Of a stretch of DNA of 64,000 nucleotides, positions 43,023 through 52,555 are shown in pieces. This stretch comes from Elusimicrobiota bacterium. GTDB taxonomy: Bacteria; Elusimicrobiota; UBA8919. The stretch is taken from positions 89,758-153,757 of the forward strand of contig JBFLWK010000001.1 of assembly GCA_040757695.1 (NCBI GenBank), written 5' to 3'. Both the position numbers and the translations under genes were made by a program. The stretch's first letter is position 1, and every line of letters begins with the position of its first letter. Under the pieces are notes generated by a model. It was not told the DNA's origin. It saw only the letters and a program-made list of their open reading frames with translations, and did not search any database.

Positions 43023-43706
43023 TTACCTTACGATTTTGGTTTTTACATTACCAATAATAGAAACTGTTTCTTTGTCAACTGCAAGCACGATTTTGTCACC
43101 GGAGTACTCTGAAACACCATCGGCATCAGTTCTGACTATTTTTGGTGGACCGCCTAAAAGTAAAATTTCGTTTGTTTTATGGTCGTAAAATGCTTCCTTA
43201 CTGAATGCTTCTGTTTCCGATTGAGAAATTTTAACATTTTGGATTGCATGGAACCGGTCGCCGAACTCAAAAATCTCTAATTCTTCACATTTTAATTCAA
43301 TAACATCTGTTGTGTTCTGGCTTAATGTTCTTTTTACTTTTACATTCTTTTTCAAAATACCCTGTCCGTTATTTTTGTTATATTCTGCTTCATCACCCCA
43401 GGAATATGTAACGGATGTGCCACTGGAATAACAGATATAGATATTTCCGGTGCCTGAAATCACACTTGTTTTTTCGTTTGATTTCATTTTATCCGCAGAG
43501 ATTGTAAGGTTCTGCTGTGTAAATTTTACATTCCCAATAAATTCAAGAATCTCGCCTTTAGATAGTATCTTCATCTGGTCACCGGTGATTGTTGCCTGTT
43601 CACCAGCATAGAGGCAGTAAATAAGTGAATAAGTGAGTAAGTGAATAAGTGAAAGACACATAACCACATAACCACTTAACCACTCAACCACTTTATTTAT
43701 CTTCAT
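43023..43706 (-). CDS. LptA/OstA-like periplasmic LPS-transport protein
   Basis: Beta-jellyroll OstA-type repeats (ITGDQMKILSKGEILEFIGNVKFTQQNLTISADKM...); adjacent to lptC-like; signal peptide encoded by octamer repeats. Confidence 0.5.
   Translation of the reverse strand: MKINKVVEWLSGYVVMCLSLIHLLTYSLIYCLYAGEQATITGDQMKILSKGEILEFIGNVKFTQQNLTISADKMKSNEKTSVISGTGNIYICYSSGTSVTYSWGDEAEYNKNNGQGILKKNVKVKRTLSQNTTDVIELKCEELEIFEFGDRFHAIQNVKISQSETEAFSKEAFYDHKTNEILLLGGPPKIVRTDADGVSEYSGDKIVLAVDKETVSIIGNVKTKIVR
43621..43692. repeat. Two blocks of 8-nt tandem repeats (AAGTGAAT ×4; CATAACCA ×4) encoding the signal peptide of the LptA-like gene
   Basis: ataagtgaataagtgagtaagtgaataagtgaaagacacataaccacataaccacttaaccactcaaccac. 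Confidence 0.8.
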
Positions 43707-44344
43707 TTTTTTATTACTTTGACATTTTTTAAAATTGTTATATCTGATAGGTCAGCATTCGCTTCTAAACCGATACCTGTAATCGTCACATCCTGTTTTT
43801 CCTGACGGATAGGGCTATCAGATAAGACCTTGCCAGTTTTTTCAGAATAGTTTATTGATTCTGTAAAAATTGTTGTCGCTCTTGATAACGAAAAAATTAC
43901 AACATTCCCGGAAGCCTGAATATCGCCTGTTTTTGTCTGCATTCCCGCATTATCCGCTGTGATGATAGACGATATTTTTTTATTGTTTTCGTAAAAAGTC
44001 ATTTTTATTTTTTTTGTATTGATACTATTTCTTTTTTCGTATATATCACCTCTATCAGCGACAAAATTCCATTTTTGGTTTTCAAGTTCATATTTATCTA
44101 TTGAAAAATTTTTTACAACCTGGTCAGGAAACGAATCGTTTATAACAATTTTTTCAACTTTTCTACTACACGAAAATTGCATAACCACAGTGACAGCGAG
44201 CCACAGCGAAAAAAATACGTCAACAAGATAACCTGAACAGGTTCGGGACCCCAGAACTGAAATTCTACGACACTTCAGTGTCGGTTCTGATTCAGTTTTT
44301 ATTTTTGTGTATCTGTGGTATAATACTTTATAACTTTGCCCCAT
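43703..44344 (-). CDS. LptC-like membrane-anchored LPS export protein
   Basis: N-terminal TM, then an LptC-type beta-jellyroll segment (…FYENNKKISSIITADNAGMQTKTGDIQASGNVVIFS…); position upstream of lptA-like and next to kdsC. Confidence 0.5.
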   Translation of the reverse strand: MGQSYKVLYHRYTKIKTESEPTLKCRRISVLGSRTCSGYLVDVFFSLWLAVTVVMQFSCSRKVEKIVINDSFPDQVVKNFSIDKYELENQKWNFVADRGDIYEKRNSINTKKIKMTFYENNKKISSIITADNAGMQTKTGDIQASGNVVIFSLSRATTIFTESINYSEKTGKVLSDSPIRQEKQDVTITGIGLEANADLSDITILKNVKVIKK

Positions 44345-44850
44345 ATGCCCTGTGCCTGAAAAATCAGTTCAACAACCTCTCTGAAAACACCCTTGCCACT
44401 TTCAGCATTTGTTACATAATCAACCCGGCTTTTTACTTCCGGTGGCGCATTTTCAGGACATGCAGAAAAACCAGATTGTAAAATTACAGATAAGTCAACC
44501 AAATCATCGCCGATAAACGCAATTTCATCTATTGTTAGATTTTCTTTTTTTAATATCTCGTTTATTGCTGAAATTTTATCCATACATTTCTGATACAGAT
44601 AATGAATACCGACCTCTTTTGCCCTGTTTTCAACCTGCTGTGTTTGCCGACCTGTAATCCAGGCGAGTTTGATATTTTTAGCAAATTTTTTTAATAGCGT
44701 AAATGCAAACCTGTCGTATGTATCCCAGAATTTTATCTCTTCACCGTTGTTTAATATAATGATTTTGCCGTCAGTTAAAACACCATCTACATCTGTAGCA
44801 ATCAATTTTATTTTTTTTGCTTTATTTAGAATTGCTTTTTTAATTTTCAT
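44299..44850 (-). CDS. kdsC: 3-deoxy-D-manno-octulosonate-8-phosphate phosphatase
   Basis: HAD motif I IATDVDGVLTDG; FIGDDLVDL (motif IV); 183 aa. Confidence 0.85.
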   Translation of the reverse strand: MKIKKAILNKAKKIKLIATDVDGVLTDGKIIILNNGEEIKFWDTYDRFAFTLLKKFAKNIKLAWITGRQTQQVENRAKEVGIHYLYQKCMDKISAINEILKKENLTIDEIAFIGDDLVDLSVILQSGFSACPENAPPEVKSRVDYVTNAESGKGVFREVVELIFQAQGIWGKVIKYYTTDTQK

Positions 44851-44873
44851 CTTTTAATTTTTCACTTTTTCCT

Positions 44874-45932
44874 TTAACCTGCCTTTCTCGTGTTTTTTTC
44901 TATATCTAAAAACAATAAAATTGTTTCGGCAATTGCATTAAATGTAATAAAGACCATATACGAGCCCACAGATATACCAATCATTGCTAATAGCGAACTA
45001 AAAATACTTTTAGCAAGCAGTATAACAAAATAACCAAGCGCTGTAATCAGCCCGATAATCAAAACGAACCGAGCAAGGAATCGGAAAACATTTGAGATCC
45101 GGTAAAGCGCTCCATAGCGTCTCGGACTGGCGATTTGAGGTGCTTTCAGAATATTCCCGCAGTTGATACAATACCCGCTAACAGGCGTCTCTTTGTTACA
45201 GATTGCACATATCATTACTGTTTCTTCTTCAGCAATTTTTTCATCAACACCGGGCGTGAACCGTTCTGCCATTCCTAAAAACAAAAATATAATTCCTGCG
45301 GTAATCGCGCCAGAAAAAGCATCAGAAGTTACCAGCATACCTGTTGTAGTCGCCTCGTATCTTAACCGCAAAAATAATTCCCAACCAACCGCACCGCCAA
45401 TCGCACCACCTAACGCACCGCCGATAAATGCTGAAATCCGTTTTCGGCGCTGAGCGGTAAAAAGCCCTATAAACGCACCTGATATTAACCAGGCAACGCT
45501 ACTGGCAGTAGTGTATAACGAAAACTCTAAATTACTTGATTTTTCCGGTATAAACAACCACATAGGAACATCGTTTTTCAAAATAAATATCGCAATAATT
45601 CCGCCTATAAATCCACCAATAAGCCCGCCCAAAATTCCTGAAATTATTTTGCCAGTAGATTTCTCCAATACGCCAACAACAATCCCAATAAATATTGACG
45701 AGACGATAATTCTTAATATGACATTGACGGTTTCTGAAATTTCTAAATTGACAAAATTAAAAAGCCGCGCACAAAGAATCCAGCCAATTAAGCCCGCAAT
45801 TGCGCCTGCAAGTGTTCTTCTTAAAAGCCACGCTACTGTGGTAAGCACAAAATTCATCCCACAATTTCCACAGTATCTTGAACCTTCTCTTACTTCTGCA
45901 TCACAATTTGAACATCGCATTTTTCCTCCCAA
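44874..45932 (-). CDS. Zinc-ribbon-containing polytopic membrane protein
   Basis: CSNCDAEVREGSRYCGNCG and CAICNKETPVSGYCINCG zinc ribbons; Gly-zipper TM helices (GGLIGGFIGGIIA). Confidence 0.4.
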   Translation of the reverse strand: MGGKMRCSNCDAEVREGSRYCGNCGMNFVLTTVAWLLRRTLAGAIAGLIGWILCARLFNFVNLEISETVNVILRIIVSSIFIGIVVGVLEKSTGKIISGILGGLIGGFIGGIIAIFILKNDVPMWLFIPEKSSNLEFSLYTTASSVAWLISGAFIGLFTAQRRKRISAFIGGALGGAIGGAVGWELFLRLRYEATTTGMLVTSDAFSGAITAGIIFLFLGMAERFTPGVDEKIAEEETVMICAICNKETPVSGYCINCGNILKAPQIASPRRYGALYRISNVFRFLARFVLIIGLITALGYFVILLAKSIFSSLLAMIGISVGSYMVFITFNAIAETILLFLDIEKNTRKAG

Positions 45933-46006
45933 AAACGGTAACTAAAAATTATAAATTAAAAATGTAAAATTATGGAATTTATTTTCAGTCTTCAATTTTT
46001 CATTTT

Positions 46007-46267
46007 TCATTTTACATTTTTCATTGGTTCAGTCTTTTCATACATTGGATATTCTGATTCCCAAGTTGGTAAATTTCGGTCAAACTTATCAAGAAAAAAG
46101 CGGGCAACAAAAAACAAAACAATCACAATAGCATAGATTATTCCTAAAACTTTTAAGTGCCATTTCCAACTCGGTCGCCACGGGATATAAGTCAAATCCA
46201 CACCACAACCCTTACAGAATTTCGCAGAATCCTTGTTCTCCATCTGACAGTTATAACATTTAATCAT
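46007..46267 (-). CDS. Small zinc-ribbon + single-TM protein
   Basis: CYNCQMENKDSAKFCKGCG, then a hydrophobic helix. Confidence 0.35.
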   Translation of the reverse strand: MIKCYNCQMENKDSAKFCKGCGVDLTYIPWRPSWKWHLKVLGIIYAIVIVLFFVARFFLDKFDRNLPTWESEYPMYEKTEPMKNVK

Positions 46268-47073
46268 TTCAGCACCTCATACAAAAAATTTTTCAATTCG
46301 GATAGTTTTATTGAGTTGGGGCCGTCGGAAAGTGCTTTTTCGGGCACAGGATGGACTTCTAAAAAAAGTGCATCTACGCCAACGGCAATAGCCGCTTTTG
46401 ATAATGGCAGAATAAATTCTTTCTGTCCACCGGTTCTATCACCAAGCCCGCCTGGAAGTTGAACACTGTGCGTAGCATCAAACACAACCGGATAACCAAA
46501 CTTTTTCAGTATCACAACAGACCGGAAATCAACTACAAGATTGTTGTAACCGAAACAGGTACCACGTTCTGTTAACAAAATTTTTCTATTACCGGTAGAT
46601 TCAATTTTTTCTATCACATTTTTCATATCGGCTGGTGCAAGAAATTGTGCTTTCTTTATATTTATCGTCTTATTGGTTTTTGCGGCGGTAACTATCAAAT
46701 CTGTCTGCCGACATAAATATGCAGGGATTTGAATTATATCCGCAACTTCCGCTACAAACCGGACATCGTGAGTGCAGTGAACATCAACCAAAATTGGGAT
46801 ATTATACTTTTGCTTAACCTTTGCCAGAATCTTAAGCCCTTTTTTAAGCCCGGGACCTCTGAATGATTTTATTGATGTTCGGTTTGCTTTATCATATGAT
46901 GCCTTAAAAATAAATGGAATTTTTAGATTCTGCGTAATCTCTTTTAATTTTTCTGCGATATCTGCGGTACTTTTTTCGGTTTCAATCACGCAGGGACCTG
47001 CAATCAAAACGACAGGATTCCCACCCTCACCACCAACTTTTATATTACTGATTTTAATTTCTCTAAGAATCAT
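46264..47073 (-). CDS. kdsA: 2-dehydro-3-deoxyphosphooctonate aldolase (KDO8P synthase)
   Basis: GGEGGNPVVLIAGPCVIE, FKASYDKANRTS, HCTHDVRF, and other DAHP/KDO8PS TIM-barrel blocks. Confidence 0.9.
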   Translation of the reverse strand: MILREIKISNIKVGGEGGNPVVLIAGPCVIETEKSTADIAEKLKEITQNLKIPFIFKASYDKANRTSIKSFRGPGLKKGLKILAKVKQKYNIPILVDVHCTHDVRFVAEVADIIQIPAYLCRQTDLIVTAAKTNKTINIKKAQFLAPADMKNVIEKIESTGNRKILLTERGTCFGYNNLVVDFRSVVILKKFGYPVVFDATHSVQLPGGLGDRTGGQKEFILPLSKAAIAVGVDALFLEVHPVPEKALSDGPNSIKLSELKNFLYEVLK

Positions 47074-47097
47074 TGGATAAGGACTATCAGGCAGGGA

Positions 47098-47184
47098 GAC
47101 CCTGCCATTACTACAGTGCCACCGATACTGAAACTTCTACGAAACTTAGCGCTTATTCTATACTGCCACTAAAGTGGCATAGAA
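47098..47184. repeat. Composite intergenic repeat: CAGTGCCACCGATACTGAA (shared with 17060) + ~50-nt double-hairpin element TTCTACGAAACTT...TGCCACTAAAGTGGCATAGAA
   Basis: Same family as 4582-4630 and 54359-54417. Confidence 0.65.
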
Positions 47185-47236
47185 ATCAGGGTATGCTCGG
47201 TAATGATATTTTACATAATTTTCAGCAGTTTTTCAA

Positions 47237-47980
47237 TCAAATTATTTCAATATATTTTTTTTCTACCCAGCCACGAACACCGAGTGATTTTACGCCTATC
47301 TCTAACCACTCGCCCCCCTCGCCTGATGTTCCTAACAGTATCACCTTTTTACCTTCCGGCACGGTAAAGTTAACCTTGAAATTAGTATCAGGTCCTGACC
47401 TAACCTCAGCGGTATTGATAACAACTGCTTCCTGCCGGGCTTGTTGACGGTATTTTATCAAATAGAGTGCTGAAAAGAAACCAAAAAATAAAACTGATAC
47501 AACAACCAGCCAAAACATTTTTTTAAACGGATAAACAAATTTTATAGAAATAACAACTACAAAACTAAACAACGAAATCGCAAATAATAATCTTAACCTG
47601 TTTATATTAAACCTTGAAATCAGTGATTGCTCGTAATCCGGGTCTTTTATCAGTTGTGCAATAAACTTTATGTTATAATTAACATCGTCATCCGCTGGCG
47701 AAATTTTTCTTGCTTTTTCATAATAGACCATTGCTAAACCAATTCTACCCAGTCGGAAATAGGTGTTGCCAAGATTATAAAAAAGGTTTGTAGACGGATA
47801 CGATTTTTCAATTATTAAAAACTGTTCAAGTGCTTTTTCATAGTTGCTCTTTTTGTAAAACTCGCAGCCGGTAGAAAAAATTTCAGTTTCTGAAACAGCA
47901 TAGAGGTGATTGCAGATTGCAGATTGCAGATTGCAGATTAAAAACAACAAAAAAATTTGTAATTTTTTCATATTTCCCAT
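47237..47980 (-). CDS. batE: BatE-like TPR + bacterial SH3 domain protein
   Basis: TPR units; C-terminal SH3b (VINTAEVRSGPDTNFKV...GEWLEI...RGWVEKKYIE); signal peptide encoded by (GATTGCA)n. Confidence 0.55.
   Translation of the reverse strand: MGNMKKLQIFLLFLICNLQSAICNHLYAVSETEIFSTGCEFYKKSNYEKALEQFLIIEKSYPSTNLFYNLGNTYFRLGRIGLAMVYYEKARKISPADDDVNYNIKFIAQLIKDPDYEQSLISRFNINRLRLLFAISLFSFVVVISIKFVYPFKKMFWLVVVSVLFFGFFSALYLIKYRQQARQEAVVINTAEVRSGPDTNFKVNFTVPEGKKVILLGTSGEGGEWLEIGVKSLGVRGWVEKKYIEII
47907..47940. repeat. 4.5× GATTGCA heptanucleotide repeat (coding strand CTGCAAT) encoding LQSAICNLQSAICN in the batE-like signal peptide
   Basis: tgattgcagattgcagattgcagattgcagatta. The same unit (aatctgc) is repeated at 7057-7093. 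Confidence 0.85.
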
Positions 47981-49812
47981 TCTTTTTCAATCTCGGAAAT
48001 AATACTTTTTATTTTTTTTATCTCGGTTGCCAAATTAACATTTTTGTCTACCGAGGGTGCAAATCTCATAAAATCAGCATTTTCAAGTAGTTCTCTAATT
48101 TTTTTTATAGCCGTTACAGCAAGATTTTTTTGTGCTAATACATTTTCAATCTCGCTAAAAGTAAAGCCTGACAGATTACTACTCGTTTTATCAGAAAGAT
48201 ATTCTACGACTGAATCAAATACAGTCCCGTAAAATTCTTTAACATCAATAGTATGTTTAATTTTATTTATGTTTTTTTCAAACTTTTTAAAAGCCTTTTT
48301 ACTTCTAATAAACTCGTAATTTTTAGAAACAAAAAATCTGTATCTGTTATATCCTAATCTACCAAAAAAAACCAACACCGAACAAACAAGCAATACATCT
48401 GCGATAATTTTTTCAGATTTCCAACTGATATTTTTGTCCAATTCAGTTTTTATAAACCTTATATCCTGACCGACAATATTGATACCGGAAGCAATCACAG
48501 GCAGGGTTGGGACTGCTGATATTTTAGACGGTAAAACTTTCAGATTAACTACTGGTGTTTTTAGTTTCTGGTATTCTTTTTTTTCAGGATTAAAATACGA
48601 AAAAACAACCTCCGGGATTATCAGATTACCAGCCCGGTCGGGAACGAGTACTGTCTTAAACACTTTAGAGCCGGTAACTTTATAGTTGGCTTTTGATATA
48701 TTAACTGACGAAATCGTATCATATTTTCTTACACCGATAATACTGGGAAATTGCGGCTCCGGAATTGATTTTATATTACCTTCACCTGAAATTGTAACAG
48801 TTAGCGTCACAGGATTGTTTGCTTCTATTTCTTTTTTGTCAACAGAAGCGCTGATATTATAAGCGCCTACAGCACCTGAAAAATCGGCTGGTTTATTTTC
48901 AGTCGGCAATGGTAGAACCTCAACAGATAGCGGTTTTGACTGAACAACGACAGATTTGCCACCACCAAAAAACCCTCTAAAAAAATCATCATCAAAAAAA
49001 CCGCTAAACGGGTCTCGTGTAAAATCCTGAACACTCGCTTTTAAGGACGCCGAGCCAAGCGCATATTTTCCGCTGGTAGTTGGGAACAATTTTGTTTTTA
49101 TCTCAATAACATTGTATCTTTTACCGTTAATAATTGTTTGATAATTTCGTTGTGGTGGTAAATCTTCAACAATAAAACCGGTGAAATTAGGCGGATTATA
49201 TTCCGGATTTGAAAACAGATTTCGTGAAGTAAAAAATCTGAATGTATAGGTTATTCCTTCATTAACAAAACATTTTCTTTTGTCCAATTCGGCTGTTACA
49301 AAAAGTCCTTGTGCTTTTTCATCATCAAGTTTGAATTGTTGAGTATCAACAGGTTTCTGCGATTGTCCGCTTAACACTTCAATATTTATTGGGTTAGTTG
49401 TATAATCTTTTCCACTGACGGTCAATTTTACAGGTCCGATTGCGAATTTCCCAGCACGATTCGGTGAGAGGATAAAATTATATGTTATAGATGCCGATAC
49501 TCTGCCATTAACAAACGAGATATTTTGTGAAGTGCCTGATGAATAAACATTAAAATCGGCTAACGGCGGAAGTTCAGGTTTAGGGATATTTGCAACATCG
49601 CCGGCGACGGTGACCTGCAGAGTAATTGATTCGCCGAAATTAACCGTGTTTCTGTCAACAGTTGCCTGGATATTTATATCCGCATAAAGGCAAGACAGAA
49701 GTAAGAAGCAAGAAGTAAGAAGTAAGAAGACAGAAGACAGATGAAAGATGACAGATGAAAGACTCTGACTTCTGACTTCTGACCTCTGATTTCTGACTTC
49801 TGATTTTTTCAT
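47968..49812 (-). CDS. batD: BatD-like oxygen-tolerance protein (signal peptide, large periplasmic region, C-terminal TM helix)
   Basis: Size and architecture, plus its position in the batA-E operon; N-terminus built from heptamer repeats. Confidence 0.6.
   Translation of the reverse strand: MKKSEVRNQRSEVRSQSLSSVIFHLSSVFLLLTSCFLLLSCLYADINIQATVDRNTVNFGESITLQVTVAGDVANIPKPELPPLADFNVYSSGTSQNISFVNGRVSASITYNFILSPNRAGKFAIGPVKLTVSGKDYTTNPINIEVLSGQSQKPVDTQQFKLDDEKAQGLFVTAELDKRKCFVNEGITYTFRFFTSRNLFSNPEYNPPNFTGFIVEDLPPQRNYQTIINGKRYNVIEIKTKLFPTTSGKYALGSASLKASVQDFTRDPFSGFFDDDFFRGFFGGGKSVVVQSKPLSVEVLPLPTENKPADFSGAVGAYNISASVDKKEIEANNPVTLTVTISGEGNIKSIPEPQFPSIIGVRKYDTISSVNISKANYKVTGSKVFKTVLVPDRAGNLIIPEVVFSYFNPEKKEYQKLKTPVVNLKVLPSKISAVPTLPVIASGINIVGQDIRFIKTELDKNISWKSEKIIADVLLVCSVLVFFGRLGYNRYRFFVSKNYEFIRSKKAFKKFEKNINKIKHTIDVKEFYGTVFDSVVEYLSDKTSSNLSGFTFSEIENVLAQKNLAVTAIKKIRELLENADFMRFAPSVDKNVNLATEIKKIKSIISEIEKEWEI
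49693..49810. repeat. ~118 nt of consecutive heptanucleotide repeat blocks (GAAGTAA/GAAGACA/GATGAAA/TCTGACT types) encoding the first ~40 residues of the BatD-like protein
   Basis: gaagtaagaagcaagaagtaagaagtaagaagacagaagacagatgaaagatgacagatgaaagactctgacttctgacttctgacctctgatttctgacttctg. The protein shows matching 7-aa periodicity (SEVRNQRSEVRSQS; LLLTSCFLLLSC). Confidence 0.8.
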
Positions 49813-50493
49813 CTACCAATCCTTTTCGGGCATTCCAAACACTGGCATTTTTACATTCGCTTTTTCTTTAGGTCTCTTTTCTTCACCTGCTGATTCAAGC
49901 AGTCGTTTAGCATCCTCTTTTGACATTTTCTGTTGTTTATCTTCGCTTTTTTCTTTATCTTGCTCTTCCTTTTTTTTGTTTTCTTGTTCCTTTGTTTTTT
50001 TGTCTTCTTTTTTCGCCTGCTGTTTCAACTTTTTGTCAATATTCTCTTTCAATTTCTTCTGGACAAATTCTATATTGAATTTTGCATCGCTATCGTCGGG
50101 ATAAAGTTCCAGCGCCTTTTTATAAAGTTGTATGGCTTCAGGCAGCTTCCCTAATCTGAATAATGTATTACCTATATTGTAGTATGCTTTTGCCTGTAAT
50201 TTAATATCTTTTGAATATGTTGCCTTTTCATAATTTTTTAGTGCATCTTCATATGCACCTGTTTTGTAATAGACATTACCAAGATTAAACATTGTTTCTG
50301 GTAAATCGGGCTTTTCGGTTTCTGCCTGTTTGTATTTTTCAAGTGCAGTATCATATTTTTCCTTTTTGAATGCAATGTTGCCTTTACCTAAATTACTTCT
50401 CACAGATGGATACAGACCTGTTGAGAAAACCAACATAAACAACCATAGATTCACTCCGAATAGGAATTTTTCTCTGAATACCACAGATTTCAT
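49813..50493 (-). CDS. batC: BatC-like TPR protein with a Lys/Glu-rich C-terminal region
   Basis: N-terminal TM helix, three TPRs, KKEDKKTKEQENKKKEEQDKEKSEDK low-complexity tail. Confidence 0.5.
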   Translation of the reverse strand: MKSVVFREKFLFGVNLWLFMLVFSTGLYPSVRSNLGKGNIAFKKEKYDTALEKYKQAETEKPDLPETMFNLGNVYYKTGAYEDALKNYEKATYSKDIKLQAKAYYNIGNTLFRLGKLPEAIQLYKKALELYPDDSDAKFNIEFVQKKLKENIDKKLKQQAKKEDKKTKEQENKKKEEQDKEKSEDKQQKMSKEDAKRLLESAGEEKRPKEKANVKMPVFGMPEKDW

Positions 50494-50496
50494 ATA

Positions 50497-51507
50497 CTAA
50501 ACTCTTTTCTTGAACCCGTCGGGTAAAAAGAGTTCAACCAATAAAAGAAACAGTCCTATAGCTACAAAATAATAAAATTTGTCTTCATAACGTTCGAACT
50601 TCTGTGCTTTAAGTTGTTTTGTCTCCATATCTGAAATATCGTCTGCTATCCGCGTAACCTCTATCTCACCATCAGTTGCCTGATAATACTTGCCATCGGT
50701 TTGATATGCAATTTTTTGTAAAGCTGCTTCATCTAATTTTGTCATTATCGTTTCACCTTTTTTATTTTTTCTATAACCAACAACATTCCCTGTTTCATCC
50801 CGTTCAGGTATTAACTCGCCACGAGTTGTTCCAAATCCGATTGTAAAAATTTTTATACCTTCTTTTTTTGCTGCTAATGCAGAAGCCACAGGGTCGCTTT
50901 CGTGGTCTTCACCATCGGTTAGAATTACAAGTGCTTTATATTTCCGTTCTTCTTTTACAAAATTTTTTACTGCTAAATCTATCGCTTCGCCAATTGCGGT
51001 ACCCGGAACAGGAATAAGTTCAGTGGTTAGCGAGTTCATAAAAATTTTACAACTTGCTGTATCAAGTGTTAACGGACACTGTAAAAACGGTTTCCCTGCA
51101 AACGCAATAATACCAAGCCGATTGCCTGAAAGTTTATCAATAAGTGAGCGAAGTTCCAGTTTCGCTTTTTCAAGTCGGTTAGGTTGAATATCATTAGCAA
51201 GCATACTTTTTGAAACATCAATTGCAATTATTACATCCACACCGTATTTTTTTATCTTAACAAGTTTTGCACCAAATTTTGGACCTGTAAGCGCAAATAG
51301 TAGAAAAAATAAGCCAATAACTTTTAGAACTTTTTTTAACTCAATTATTCTGGAATCGTATCTTACAAAAAGCTTCTGGATATTTTCTGTAGAAAAAAGT
51401 TCCCTTAAAAATATCCGTTTGTTTTTTTCAGAGGTATATTCTAAAATTATGACTACTGGAATAATAAGAATTAGAAAATAAACAAAAACTGTTGCTGCAA
51501 ATTCCAT
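50497..51507 (-). CDS. batB: BatB: membrane-anchored von Willebrand factor A domain protein
   Basis: TM helices, then a VWA MIDAS-type motif IDVSKSM...; C-terminal TM. Confidence 0.8.
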   Translation of the reverse strand: MEFAATVFVYFLILIIPVVIILEYTSEKNKRIFLRELFSTENIQKLFVRYDSRIIELKKVLKVIGLFFLLFALTGPKFGAKLVKIKKYGVDVIIAIDVSKSMLANDIQPNRLEKAKLELRSLIDKLSGNRLGIIAFAGKPFLQCPLTLDTASCKIFMNSLTTELIPVPGTAIGEAIDLAVKNFVKEERKYKALVILTDGEDHESDPVASALAAKKEGIKIFTIGFGTTRGELIPERDETGNVVGYRKNKKGETIMTKLDEAALQKIAYQTDGKYYQATDGEIEVTRIADDISDMETKQLKAQKFERYEDKFYYFVAIGLFLLLVELFLPDGFKKRV

Positions 51508-51523
51508 AATTTTTTAGGAAAAG

Positions 51524-52507
51524 TTATGGCACTGTTTTATAAACCAAATTTCTTAAGATAATTTCTAACAGAAAAAGTATTACAGCAGAAATAAGAAACC
51601 ATCTGTAGAGCTCGTTGAAATCGGTATATTCTTCAACCTTGAATTCTGTCTTTTCCATAGTATCAATTTTTTTGTAAATTTCTTCTAACGATGATTTATC
51701 TTTTGCTCTGAAATACAAGCCACTGGTTTCATTTGCGATTTGTAAAAGTGTTGGCTCATCAAGATCTTCTTTAAGCCAGTGATATCTTCTGCCAAAAACA
51801 GGGTCATCTACAGGATATGGTGATGCACCAATCCCAGCTGCACCTATTGTATAAATTTTTATCCCGAATGATGATGCAGCACGGGCTGCGGTAATCGGAT
51901 CCACTTCGCCCATGTTATTTCTACCATCGGTAAGTAGAATTACAATTTTGCTTTTTGATGGTATTTCTTTTAAGCGGTTAATAGCGGTCAAAATTGCAGT
52001 CCCAATTGCAGTCCCATCTGTCTGTGTCATACCAATTTCTATTTTATCAATAAAATCCAAAACAGAACCGTAGTCGGTTGTTAATGGACATTGCGTAAAT
52101 GCAACTGCAGAAAAAACAACAACACCTATTCGGTCGTTTTTTCTACTTTTAATAAATTTTTTGACAACCTCTTTTGCCGCATCCAGCCGGTTTTGTGGCT
52201 TAAAATCTTCTGCTCGCATAGAAGTTGAGGTATCAATACACAGCATTATATCAATCCCCTTTTTTGTTAATTCTGCCGACTTCTCGCCACCTTGAGGTCG
52301 CGCAAGTGCAAATATCGTCAGAATCAGTGCAACAACTTTCAAGTTATCAACGACTTTTTTGCCAAATGGTATTTTTTGAGTTGCAAAAACTTTTATATCG
52401 GAAAAAATAATTCCTGAATCGTTTTTAATTCTTCTTTTTTTAAGATAGAAAACAGTACCGATAAAAACCGGAATTAATAATAAAATATACGGATAATAAA
52501 ACCGCAT
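51524..52507 (-). CDS. batA: BatA: membrane-anchored VWA domain protein
   Basis: CIDTSTSMRAEDFKPQNRLDAAKE VWA MIDAS region; TM helices at both ends. Confidence 0.8.
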   Translation of the reverse strand: MRFYYPYILLLIPVFIGTVFYLKKRRIKNDSGIIFSDIKVFATQKIPFGKKVVDNLKVVALILTIFALARPQGGEKSAELTKKGIDIMLCIDTSTSMRAEDFKPQNRLDAAKEVVKKFIKSRKNDRIGVVVFSAVAFTQCPLTTDYGSVLDFIDKIEIGMTQTDGTAIGTAILTAINRLKEIPSKSKIVILLTDGRNNMGEVDPITAARAASSFGIKIYTIGAAGIGASPYPVDDPVFGRRYHWLKEDLDEPTLLQIANETSGLYFRAKDKSSLEEIYKKIDTMEKTEFKVEEYTDFNELYRWFLISAVILFLLEIILRNLVYKTVP

Positions 52508-52518
52508 AATTTTTAAAC

Positions 52519-52555
52519 CCTAAACTCTAAACTCTAAACTCTAAACTCTAAACTC
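52519..52555. repeat. 5× TAAACTC heptanucleotide repeat spanning the stop codon of the DUF4381-like gene, ~25 nt upstream of the batA start
   Basis: ctaaactctaaactctaaactctaaactctaaactccc. On the coding strand this is (GAGTTTA)n, encoding ...SLEFRV with stop TAG inside the repeat. Confidence 0.8.
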
